Below are positions 1 through 9,861 of a DNA stretch of 42,637 bases, one piece after another. Position numbers and translations under genes: made by a program. The stretch's first letter is position 1. Every line of letters begins with the position of its first letter. The stretch lies in NCBI RefSeq assembly GCF_001194135.2, contig NC_068985.1, forward strand, positions 85,545,712-85,588,348. The letters run 5' to 3'. The stretch is from Octopus bimaculoides. Lineage: Eukaryota. The notes under the pieces are model-generated. The model had not been told where the DNA came from, made no database searches, and saw only the letters and a program-made list of their open reading frames with translations.

Positions 1-145
1 GTATATATTAGTATGACGCTCGGGAATACGGAAAGTCTTTGACGTTTCGAGCTACGCTCTTCAACAGAAAGAATACGGAGACAAGGAGAAAAACACGGAG
101 AAAAAAAATTGAATAGTGTTCAGTCAACGGTCAATCATAATAATG

Positions 146-147
<2 letters not shown>
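1..147 (-). mobile_element. Probable Penelope-like pLTR fragment, cut by the window edge
   Basis: Contains the HHR-like motif, retains several CpGs, has direct repeats GAATACGGA at 25 and 71, and ends in an (AT)n tract. Confidence 0.45.
36..72 (-). ncRNA. Minimal type-I hammerhead-ribozyme-like motif with variant core, PLE pLTR type
   Basis: Minus strand reads UCUUU-CUGUUGA-A-GAGC(GUA)GCUC-GAAAC-GUC-AAAGA. Helix I is UCUUU/AAAGA, helix II is GAGC/GCUC, and helix III is reduced to the ACGU palindrome with a GUC triplet. The core is CUGUUGA rather than CUGANGA. Confidence 0.6.

Positions 148-187
<40 letters not shown>
148..187. repeat. (AT)n microsatellite
   Basis: Directly visible. Confidence 0.95.
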
Positions 188-189
<2 letters not shown>

Positions 190-586
190 TTTGTCAGCAT
201 TTCAGAGATCCCAAAAAGAAACACATACTAAAGCATTAGAGCAGTAATACATTTTTTTCCCTCAAATATGTGTGTGTGTATACTTGTGATATTTGAGTGT
301 GTGTGTGTGAGCATTTCACACTCTCTCTCTGTCTCTCTATCTCTCATATATATATATGAAATAAATGAAAAAGTATGTAGTAAATACACCAACGAAAAGT
401 ATATCTATATCTATCTATATATATATTAGCTTAGAGAGAGAGAGAGAGACAGGTAGATAGGTATACACACGTTTGTACATTCATACATGTGTATAGACTA
501 TATAAATATGTGAATGGGTGGAGATAGAGAGAAAGAGAGATCATGTGTGTGTGCGTGTGTGGGCGTAGAGTAAATCCAGAGTTCAA

Positions 587-597
587 AACACACACAC

Positions 598-632
<35 letters not shown>
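587..632. repeat. (CA)n microsatellite
   Basis: Directly visible; explains the ORF at 431..631. Confidence 0.95.
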
Positions 633-636
<4 letters not shown>

Positions 637-1172
637 CCTATGCATGCACACCTGCACAAACATGACATACACATGCATTATTTCTGAAAAAGAATATCTT
701 TCTGTTTTGTACTGGGTTATTTCCTCTGGTAACCCCATTCTTTGAGTGAATCAATGAAGTCTTCTTCATACTACAGAGTTCCCTGTATCTGTGCTTCTAC
801 CATCCATGATAATTCTCTCATTTATCTCTCAACATATCAGATATTAATTTTCATCTCAATCTTTCTCCAATGAAATCCTAAATCATTTAACAGTGCACTG
901 TTATTGCTCATATCTTTTTCTTTTTTCCATTTTTAGCCCCAGGTCATCTTTGATTGGGTTGACTTCTGATCAAAGATCTTTCTGACAGTGAGTAACCTGC
1001 ATTTTATTCAACCACAGTGTATGTGGAACCATGTTATCCAATTTGTCTTTTGTCTTGATTTTACCTACTTATGTAGAATGTGTTGCAAAAAAAAAAATGA
1101 TATTGTATATGATCTTGTCCTTGGAAAGTTGTCTACAGCTTTGAAAATATATCCATTGATTCATCATTGGGT

Positions 1173-1580
1173 GTAGGTGTGGCTGCGTGAAAAGAAGTTT
1201 GCTTCCTAACCATGTGGTTTTGGGTTCAGACCCATTGCATGGCACCTGGGGCAAGTGTCTTTTGCTATAGCTTTGGGCTGGCCAACCTCTTTTGAGTGGA
1301 TTTTCTAGACAGAAACTCAAAGAAATCTGTCATAAATATATATATATATATATATGCATATATGTGTGTGCATGACTTTGTGTTCGTCCTCCACCACTGC
1401 TTAACAACTGATGTCCGTTTGTTTATGTCCCTGTAACCTAGTGGTTCAGCAAAAAGAAACTGATAGAACAAGTACCAGACTTAAACATAAATACTGGGGT
1501 TGATTTGTTTGACTAAACACTTCAAGGTAGTGCCCCAGCATGGCCACAGTGCAGTGACTTAAACAAGTAACAAATAAATG
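1173..1580 (+). mobile_element. tRNA-derived SINE, family A (CORE-like centre, internal microsatellite)
   Basis: A-box-like GTGGCTGCGTG, B-box-like GGGTTCAGACCC, CORE-like CACCTGGGGCAAGTGTC, internal (TA)/(TG) tract, and tail GTGCCCCAGCATGGCCAC...ACAAGTAA. Homologous copies lie at about 11735, 14515, 35023 and 36966. Confidence 0.8.
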
Positions 1581-1589
1581 ATAAAGCAC

Positions 1590-1830
1590 CATCATCGTAG
1601 TTAATGTCCATTTTTCCATCCTTGTATCAGTCAGATGGATCTCACCAAGGCAGATCTGTGGTCAACCCTCACTGGGTTCCAACTAAGGTCATATTCTCTC
1701 ATGGCTGGACATGTTTTCATGGAAGAATGGAAACAAAAGACACTGCTTGTAAGACAGTGACACTTGTTTACTACTTCCATGTAGTGTCAAGAAGAGAAGG
1801 CATCAATGTAGCTCCCTACATACCTATGTA
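1590..1830 (-). mobile_element. SINE-like repeat, family F
   Basis: Shares AATGTCCA(T/C)TTTT, GGCAGATCT and GACATGTTT..ATGGAAGA..GG.AAC...GCTTGTA with the copy at about 17895-18115. Confidence 0.6.
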
Positions 1831-2341
1831 TGTATGTACATACATACAGTACAATATATACAAATGTACATACATACATGATGTAGCTAGGACACTCTAT
1901 AAGGAAATCTGTTGGAAGAATAACCGAAGGGCAAAAAAATAAAAACCCACAGTATGATCGAAGCCATTGCCACTTCTGAATAAGCTATAAATAAATGATA
2001 AGGGGTTCCATAAAAAAAGAAGATGATTTTCAGAATAAAAGGCAACAGGAATGGATTGTCTCTTGAAAAAAACAGAGAAATGGTTTACAACAGGTGGAAG
2101 AAAGGAAAAGGTGAGTGAAACGAGTAAAATAGAAAAAAAAAAAAACAAACTCCAGTTATAATAGTGTTTGGACACACACACACATATATATATATACAGA
2201 GAGAGAGAGATAAGAGAGTAGAGGGTGGGGGGTTGACTTGGAACATTTCCTTAAACATTCTGACCTTCGCAGAAGCAGTTAGTCAGCCGATTGGTTAACA
2301 GAACTAATTCATCACTTTAGTCAATGAACACAAAATAAATG

Positions 2342-2377
<36 letters not shown>

Positions 2378-2384
2378 TTTGCTG

Positions 2385-2575
2385 ACAGTAAAGGAAATAT
2401 TGGTTCAATGCCAGTTTAACCGGTATGATGCCACTCCTCCACATGTGCACTTTCTGATTGCTCTGCTGGCATGCAATTAAATCTCATTCTCTCTACATTT
2501 TGCTTTCTACACAGTGAGCAAGGCCAATTTCCTGTTGTTTTTGAGGAGTGGAGGCCACGATTAGTAACCAATATT
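2385..2575 (-). pseudogene. Decayed LINE fragment with Cys/His-rich (PHD-like) finger of the type found in some RTE-like ORFs
   Basis: Minus frames give KILVTNRGLHSSKTTGNWPCSLCRK and, after a frameshift, LIACQQSNQKVHMWRSGI..KL....FLYCQQ. This resembles the recalled pattern GKWPCxxCRKGVGxNSIxCxxCxxWVHKRCSGI. Confidence 0.5.
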
Positions 2576-3339
2576 TTTTTTTGTTGGTCTTTTCCTCCGC
2601 TACTTCCACCCCCATTCAATATTCAATTGAATTTAAACTCTACTGAAGATTTCAAATATTGTCTGGGAATAAATGTTTCTTTTTTTTTTTTTTAATTTAA
2701 AAAAAATTTTTTTATGTGTGTGATGTTCATGCGTGAAAATTAAGTCATTCATTGCTCCCTCTGTAGGAAAACTCATGCTTACTAACCAGAAATTCCTTTA
2801 TTTGAACTAAAATAGCAAGAAGGACAAACCTTTTAAGGAATGGCACTTGTAAGTTATTTCTTCAAACTTAATTTCCAGACTCAATATGTGTGGGAATGAA
2901 GAAAATTTTTATCAAGTGAGAAAAGCCACAAATGTTTTTTTGTTTGTAACCAGCTTCCATAGCTTTTATGCTTCTATTGGGATAAAGAAGATAGAAACCT
3001 CAGTGACAAATAGAAAAAGAAAGAATCCTGTATCTGTGACCGCCAAGGCAGGCTTGCTTCTCGCACAGGGTTATGTTTATGTGGTTGGAATAAATAGCAG
3101 AGAATCAGAAAATATATTTGTAAAATGATGCCAATTGTCTTTCTAGCTATTTAAAATTCTGCCTGATATATTGTAGGAATATTTTTTTTCTCTATAAATA
3201 AATGAATGACAATAACTACAACAACAAATCTTGTCTTAAAGAAAAACAAGTAAAATGCTCTCATTTCTAAACTATAAAACATCCAATGTGCACACTTCTT
3301 CAACCTTTAAACAAAGACTGATTTAAGAAAGTGCTGAAA

Positions 3340-3505
3340 AAAATGTGTGTGTGTATATGTATGCATGCATGCTTTTGTATCATAAATGTGTGCACACTCA
3401 CATGCATCACACACACACACACACATGTACGTGCACACACACATGCACACACACACACACATGCATGCACACACACATGCACACACACACACACACACAC
3501 ACATG
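3340..3505. repeat. Compound (TG)/(CA)/(CATG) microsatellite
   Basis: Directly visible. Confidence 0.9.
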
Positions 3506-3643
3506 AAAAATTGCATAAAGAATTTTCTCCAGCAACAAAAAATATTGATGAAAAAAATCTAGTAATGTGATTGCAAAGTATTAAATGTAAACCCAATTCT
3601 TCGTACACATGGATTATTTCTTTGGAAACAGCAATTGGTAAAC

Positions 3644-4276
3644 NNNNNNNNNNNNNNNNNNNNNNNNNNNNNNNNNNNNNNNNNNNNNNNNNNNNNNNNN
3701 NNNNNNNNNNNNNNNNNNNNNNNNNNNNNNNNNNNNNNNNNNNNNNNNNNNNNNNNNNNNNNNNNNNNNNNNNNNNNNNNNNNNNNNNNNNNNNNNNNNN
3801 NNNNNNNNNNNNNNNNNNNNNNNNNNNNNNNNNNNNNNNNNNNNNNNNNNNNNNNNNNNNNNNNNNNNNNNNNNNNNNNNNNNNNNNNNNNNNNNNNNNN
3901 NNNNNNNNNNNNNNNNNNNNNNNNNNNNNNNNNNNNNNNNNNNNNNNNNNNNNNNNNNNNNNNNNNNNNNNNNNNNNNNNNNNNNNNNNNNNNNNNNNNN
4001 NNNNNNNNNNNNNNNNNNNNNNNNNNNNNNNNNNNNNNNNNNNNNNNNNNNNNNNNNNNNNNNNNNNNNNNNNNNNNNNNNNNNNNNNNNNNNNNNNNNN
4101 NNNNNNNNNNNNNNNNNNNNNNNNNNNNNNNNNNNNNNNNNNNNNNNNNNNNNNNNNNNNNNNNNNNNNNNNNNNNNNNNNNNNNNNNNNNNNNNNNNNN
4201 NNNNNNNNNNNNNNNNNNNNNNNNNNNNNNNNNNNNNNNNNNNNNNNNNNNNNNNNNNNNNNNNNNNNNNNNNNNN
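3644..4276. other. Assembly gap
   Basis: Run of N. Confidence 1.
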
Positions 4277-4984
4277 ATATATATATATATATATATATAT
4301 ACACATTTGCTATTTATCATTTTCTAACAACTTCTTTCAGCATTTTTCTAAATAAAGCTGAACTTCTACTGTTAAGATTCTCATAACTTATTGATTTGTG
4401 TATTTTATCATACTTTTGTGTTTATTTTTAATTTCTCTCTCCACATACAAACTGTAAGTGTGCAAAAATAGATGCACACATCTTCACAGAGATTCATACA
4501 TTGATATAGATATATATATATTTTCATTTCTTCTCCCACTAGAAATCTTCAAGCTTCATGTCTACGTAAAGAAAATACACACACACACACACAAACACAC
4601 ACATGTAAAAACGTACACACTCTCTCTCCCACACACAAACACATACGTACGAAGACATGCACTCTCTCACACTCGCACATACACACACATTTTGAATTAT
4701 TTAAATTGACAAAAAGTTTCTTCTTTGTCACAGTCTGCATGTGTAAGTAGCTAAACATCATCATCATCATCATCATCATCATTAGTAAATTAATTAAATC
4801 TAATTATAATCAATGATAATTAAACAAATAAATAAATTGACAGAATTGGTTGAACATCAAATAAAACACTTTGTAATATTTAGTTCCATTCCTTTATAGT
4901 TCTATATTTAAGAGATGAGGAATTATGTACATTATTTACATTATTTACATTCGATGGATATTTGTCCTCATCTTGTTTGTTGTT

Positions 4985-5030
4985 AACACAACGTTTCGGC
5001 TGATATACCCTCCAGCCTTCTTCAGGTGTC
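4985..5030 (-). ncRNA. Minimal type-I hammerhead ribozyme with intact core
   Basis: GACAC-CUGAAGA-A-GGCUG(GAGGGUAUAU)CAGCC-GAAAC-GUU-GUGUU. Helix I is GACAC/GUGUU, helix II has 5 bp, and helix III is the AACGUU palindrome. Predicted cut between 4990 and 4989. Confidence 0.85.
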
Positions 5031-5109
5031 TTGGGGAAATTTTGGACCTAGGTTCTCATTCCTAACGTATTTTTCGATATTATTATTATCATCATTATTA
5101 TTGTTCAGG

Positions 5110-5175
5110 TCACTGCTTGGAATCAAACTCGGAATCTTGGGTTTAGTAGCCTGCACTCTTAACCACTATGCCATA
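5110..5175 (-). ncRNA. tRNA-like (Pol III A/B box) module inside the Penelope 3' region; not a functional tRNA
   Basis: Minus strand TGGCATAGTGGTTAAGAGTGCAGGCTACTAAACCCAAGATTCCGAGTTTGATTCCAAGCAGTG. A-box TGGCATAGTGG at 5163-5173 and B-box GTTTGATTCC at 5119-5128, at tRNA-like spacing. Confidence 0.65.
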
Positions 5176-6073
5176 TGCCTGTGGGCAATTATGGAGTGAA
5201 TTTTAGGGCTTATAAATCTAATATTTTTTCTATCTTTCTTTAATACTGGTTCCCATATGCTGCCCATATCTGCACTCGGTTTGCTTAGGAGGTTGTTGTG
5301 TCCTAGCATATGTGCTGCTTCTTTTAGTTTTCGTATTTTCCATTGGTGTTCTCTGTCTATCATTTTAACTTCATCCCACAGGGGGAGGTGGTCTCCATTT
5401 TTCCATACATGATCAGCTATACCTGATTTATCAATATCTCCTCGTATCACAGCTTTGTGATGTTCCTCTACCCTTATTTCGAGGGGGCGACATGTTTCGC
5501 CTTTGTATAACCTACCACAGCTGCATGGATGGAGTACACGCAGTCTTTGCCATGTTCTCTTCTATTGGTGGTTTTACTCGAAGGAGATATTTGCAAAGTG
5601 TTGTATTACTCTTGAATACTGTCCTGATGTCATATGGGCCACATATCTTTTGTATCTTTCTGGAGATGCCTTCATAATTGGAGTGGAGAGTATGCTTTTA
5701 GGGTAGTTGTTGCTTAATAGATTGTTACTGAGCTTGATCACTTCTTCGCGGTGTTTATCACGATCGCTACTCATATTCTTTGCTCAATGTTTTAGGCACT
5801 GAACAATCCCTCTCTTTACACTGTATGGATGGTGGGAATTGAAGTTGAGGTATCATCCAGTAAAGGTCGGCTTGCAGTATACGGATGTCCTGAATCCATA
5901 CTTGATGTGTGTTATTTATACGTCCAAGAATGCCAGCTGGTTGTCTTTTTCCTGTTCCATTGTGAACTGTATGGATGGCTTTTATTGAGTTCACATGATC
6001 TCACAGCACTTGGACATCTTCCTGGTGGGGCCAGAGTATAAAGGTGTCATCAACATATCATAGCCATAGTTGG
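5166..6073 (-). pseudogene. Penelope RT C-terminus plus GIY-YIG endonuclease, disrupted
   Basis: YVDDTFILWPHQEDVQVL (YVDD at 6046-6057); TSVYCKPTFTG*YLNFNSHHPYSVKRGIVQCL; CVYSI-(frameshift)-CSCGRLYKGETCRPLEIRVEEH (YKGET at 5493-5507); KSGIADHVW...RKLKEAAHM. Several stops and frameshifts. Confidence 0.92.
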
Positions 6074-6143
6074 TATTAATAATAATAATAATAACATCAA
6101 AAAATACTTTAGGAATGAGAACCCAGGTTCAAAACGTCTCCAA

Positions 6144-6189
6144 GACACCTGAAGAAGGTTGGAGGGTATATCAGCTGAAACGCTGTGTT
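6144..6189 (+). ncRNA. Degenerate hammerhead copy in the inverted pLTR
   Basis: GACAC-CUGAAGA-A-GGUUG...CAGCU-GAAAC-GCU-GUGUU. The NUH triplet is changed to GCU and helix II has wobble pairs. Confidence 0.7.
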
Positions 6190-6587
6190 AACAACAAACA
6201 AGATGAGGACAAATAACTGTCGAATGTAAATGATGCCATTCCTTTATGTTTTGTGTTTGAATCGCATCAAGCTTAACTTTTCCTTTCATCTTTTGAGAGT
6301 TGATAAAATATGTTACTGCTCAGATAGTGATGTAACAGAATAGTCTGTTTGTCTGTCCATCTGCGTGTCTCTCTCTGTCTCTCTCTCTCTGAGCCAAGTA
6401 GTGATGCAACAGCTTAGTCTCTCTCTCTCTCTCTCTCTCTTGACCCAGTCAAGATATTTTGATTTAATCGAACTAACCATCAATAAAATAGATTCAATTA
6501 ATATTGCCTAATTATCTAGATTTGAAATTCTTTATTAAATCTGATATTGATTTTATTGACCAACATAAAATCAACTTGTTTTTGTAG

Positions 6588-6730
6588 TTGGTGTTTAGCC
6601 CCAGGTAAGCCTTGATCCAACATATGATCAAAAGCACTCGTGCAATGACCAGCCCATCATTTTCCCAGACTCAATTCAATATGAACATATTTTCTTTGAG
6701 ATACAATGTGACTTAAATGAGGTTTGGCTG
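6588..6730 (+). mobile_element. Unclassified interspersed repeat, family D
   Basis: GTTTAGCCCCAGGT.AGCC.TGATC...ATGATCAAA...TGACCA motif, often followed by GATTTGGCTG.TATTTCTAGC. Recurs at about 933, 7005, 8035(-), 15225, 19072, 20330(-), 26825, 28100, 29880 and 33720. Confidence 0.6.
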
Positions 6731-8310
6731 AGAGCAGAGGCAGCTGTAGTTGATGTTGTCTACATTATTAGTTTTTAGTTTATCAAATCCAAACAATGTG
6801 AACAGCTAAGATTTGAACTCAGAATCTGGAAATATGAGACTAAATATCCTACTTTTTAAAAAATTTTTCCTGACCACTTCAAAAAAAGTCGAAGATAAGG
6901 ATTTCCTCAGATCAGAGATCTAAATCCAAAGACTTGTGTGACACTCTGTTGAAGGCACCAAATGATTAAACATGGTGACAGATTATTACTATTGTTGCCT
7001 GAGTTCCAGGTCAGCACTGAATAAGCAAATCTATAATCCAAAACATTTACCATTCTGTCATTTAAAAAAATTTTTTTGGCAAGTGGGGTATTATAGAATT
7101 ACGTTGTCTAATGTATAATTTTCCTCTTTATAATCCTTTATTATGTGATTTAAAGAGATTTAGTTGCTATTTCTTGCAGACTGAACAACCATTTTGATCG
7201 TCTCTGGATCAAAATAATCTAAATTTACATTTCAGTCATTTCCCACCTGCTTTCATGAAAGCATAAATTCATGGCTATTTTATTGTACTCTCAGAGCTAT
7301 AAAATTTTCTATAATTTAGCTGAAAATAATTGGTGTTTAGCATAAAAGATAATTTTATATATATATATATATATAGTCTCACATTAGACAGACTTGTATT
7401 TGAAACTGACAAAATAGTTGGAAACTGAAGTAAAAATAATGAAAACGAGATAGAATTTTTAAAGTTTTCCAAAGTTGCTGTAGACTATGTTATTAAATTG
7501 AATACTTAGTAACAATAAATAAATTATAAAATATATTTTTATTCAGCAATTATCCAGGGAAAGTACATGTTATCTTCTCGATGGTCTCCCTGCTACCTCC
7601 AACTCTTTGTTTAGGACTGAAAATAATACTTTTATGTTTATTTTCCTTTCCTGATTATTTTATACATTTTGGTCTCCAGAATGTCCAAATATTGTAGAAT
7701 TCCGATCAATGACTAGAAATAAATTACTACCTTTCTATGGCCACCTCCCATAAATCAATGCCAACTGTCTTGAAACATGAGAGTAGAGAAGAGGAGGAGG
7801 AGGATAGCATAATATTGTTTCCTGTTTGATTAAGCACAAAAGACTCAGTTATGTTTGGTCGTGGAAGAGATAACAATAGGATATTGTAATAATATTAAAG
7901 TCTTTTTCAATGACATCAGCTTTTTTTAATACCAACCCAGCAGAGTTCACTTTCTGAAATGTCCATATAAAATAAAAATCGCAATAAAGCATCTTTATAA
8001 TGTGAATGAGTAATTTGAATTGGTTTGGGTTAGCATGACATGATTGTTAGATGAAAGGAAATAATATATTGACTACATTGTCCTACAAACCATTTCAAAT
8101 GACAGGATGGCCATGGTTAGACTTCTTCTAACCATAGGTCTGTTTCTTCATGGGGGACCTTGATCAAACAATAAGCCACATAGAGAGAGAGAAAGAAAGA
8201 CAGATAGATAGATAGATAATCAGATAGATAAATAGATAATCTGTATATATTCATTTTATTATAAATGCAAAATAACACCACAGAGGAATCGACGTAAGCT
8301 TAAATGATAA

Positions 8311-8354
8311 ACCGTGATAGGTGAACCATGATAGGTGAACCATGATAGGTAAAC
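8311..8354. repeat. 15-bp minisatellite, about 3 units (ACCATGATAGGTGA-type)
   Basis: accgtgataggtga-accatgataggtga-accatgataggtaa visible directly; the unit as written is 14 nt, so the period is 14-15 bp. Confidence 0.8.
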
Positions 8355-8539
8355 TGCAACATGGTGACAGATTAATGCATATATAAATTTATATTGTGGA
8401 CTTCTCAGTATATTGTGGGTTTCTGTGGCCGATGGGTATTTATATTTTTTGTTTAGATTCTAATTATTTCTGTAGTAAAATAAGAATTTTCATGCCTAAA
8501 AATTGATAAATTAATAGATATAAATACAATACAGTACTT

Positions 8540-8923
8540 GAGGCAAGTGAAGTCATTGTTGTGGCTGATGACAGTACCACCTGATTGGCACCCATGCCAG
8601 TGGCACATAAAAAGCACCATTCGAGCATGGTCGATGCCAGTGCCGCCTAACTAGTCCTGTGCTGATGCCATGTAAAAACAACCATTCAAGCATGATCATT
8701 GCTAGTGCTGCCTGACTGGCCCTTGTGCCAGTGGCATGTAAAAAGCACTCACTACACTCTCAGAGTGGTTGGCGTTAGGAAGGGCATCCATCCTTGCCAG
8801 ACTGGATTGGGGCCTAGTGCAGCCTCCTGGTTTGCAAGCCCTCAGTCAAATTGTCCAACCCATGCCAACATGGAAAGCTGACGTTAAACGACGACAATGA
8901 TGATGATGATGATGATGATGATG
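8540..8923 (+). mobile_element. SINE-like element, family B, with about 65-bp internal tandem modules and (GAT)n tail
   Basis: Three modules ending in (G)TAAAAA(G)CA.C at 8608, 8673 and 8739. Then GTGGTTGGCGTTAGGAAGGGCATCCA, tail CCAACCCATGCCAACATGGAAAGCTGACGTTAAAC, and (GAT)n. Confidence 0.8.
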
Positions 8924-9316
8924 ATATATATATATGTATATATATATATTTGTATGTTTATATTGCAAACAAGAATGTAAATTTTGAACACAGAAAAGCT
9001 GTAAAAACATCAGAGGGAGACTGGGTAATTATTGCATTTGCAACGCTATAATTTAGCATTAAAATTGCATACATTTGTTGGCAGGAGCTGTTTGGCTTAA
9101 TTGTTAGAGCACTCAGCCAGTATCTGAGGGTTATGGGCTCAAATCATGTAGCTACCTACCTTCAAGTTTTTTTTTTCTTTCTTTCTTTCTTCCGCCAGGT
9201 AAGGGTAAAATACCCAATCTTTCTCTGCTGTTCTTACAGCTTTACTGCATTTGGAATTTGCTTTCTTGTCTGCAAAATGCTAACCACATTCAACGCTTCC
9301 AAAGTTTGTTTATAAT

Positions 9317-9349
<33 letters not shown>

Positions 9350-9393
9350 GATATTTATATATATCTGTAAATAATATGTGACAATTATTCGGT

Positions 9394-9465
9394 AGCCATG
9401 ATAAAACTCCGAGTTTCGGATGTTGGGGCGAAAATCTACACCACCATCTCTTCAGTTATCTGGCC
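9394..9465 (-). ncRNA. Type-I hammerhead ribozyme motif, left arm
   Basis: GGCCA-GAUAA-CUGAAGA-GAUGGUGG...CCAACAUCC-GAAAC-UC-G-GA-GUU-UUAUC-A-UGGCU. The core and GAAA are intact. Helix I is GAUAA/UUAUC, extended by GGCCA/UGGCU. Confidence 0.8.
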
Positions 9466-9789
9466 ATCGAAGAATGCTATGAAAATGACCGTTAAACAAA
9501 GGGAAATTACTGTGTTGTTGACCGTTATTAAGACAAAAGAGCTATTAGAATGACCGCTAAATGAGGGGAGGGAGTAAAGGTAAGGAAGTAAAAATGTTCA
9601 TAGTATTCGCGTAAGCGCACCAGTCCATACATACACATGCGGTCCCACACACCCACGTACATGCGCCTATATACATATACTTATCCACCCTTACTTGAAA
9701 CACACACATACTCACCCACACATATATATACCTGCATACACGCTCACACACACACATGTGTGCTGTCATTTTCATAGCATTTTTTTGAT

Positions 9790-9861
9790 GGCCAGATAAC
9801 TGAAGAGATGGTGGCGTGGGTTTCTGCCCCAACATCTGAAACTCGGAGTTTTATCATGGCT
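9790..9861 (+). ncRNA. Type-I hammerhead ribozyme motif, right arm
   Basis: Same fold as the left arm, with the base before GAAAC changed from C to U. Predicted cut at 9850/9851. Confidence 0.75.

Larger units (their letters stand above)
4916..6243 (-). mobile_element. Penelope-like retroelement, 5'-truncated, flanked by inverted pLTRs
   Basis: RT and GIY-YIG remnants on the minus strand (5166-6073). The pLTR at about 4916-5100 recurs inverted at about 6075-6243 (GAATGAGAACC...CAAGACACCTGAAGAAGG...ACAAACAAGATGAGGACAAATA). Confidence 0.92.

Noticed and set aside
8595-8760. Twister or HDV-like ribozyme in the SINE-B modules (CCGCCTAACT resembles a twister start)
   Set aside because: The twister loop GGUNNNAAGCCC and the HDV nested pseudoknot are absent, and CCTAACT is not kept in the other modules.
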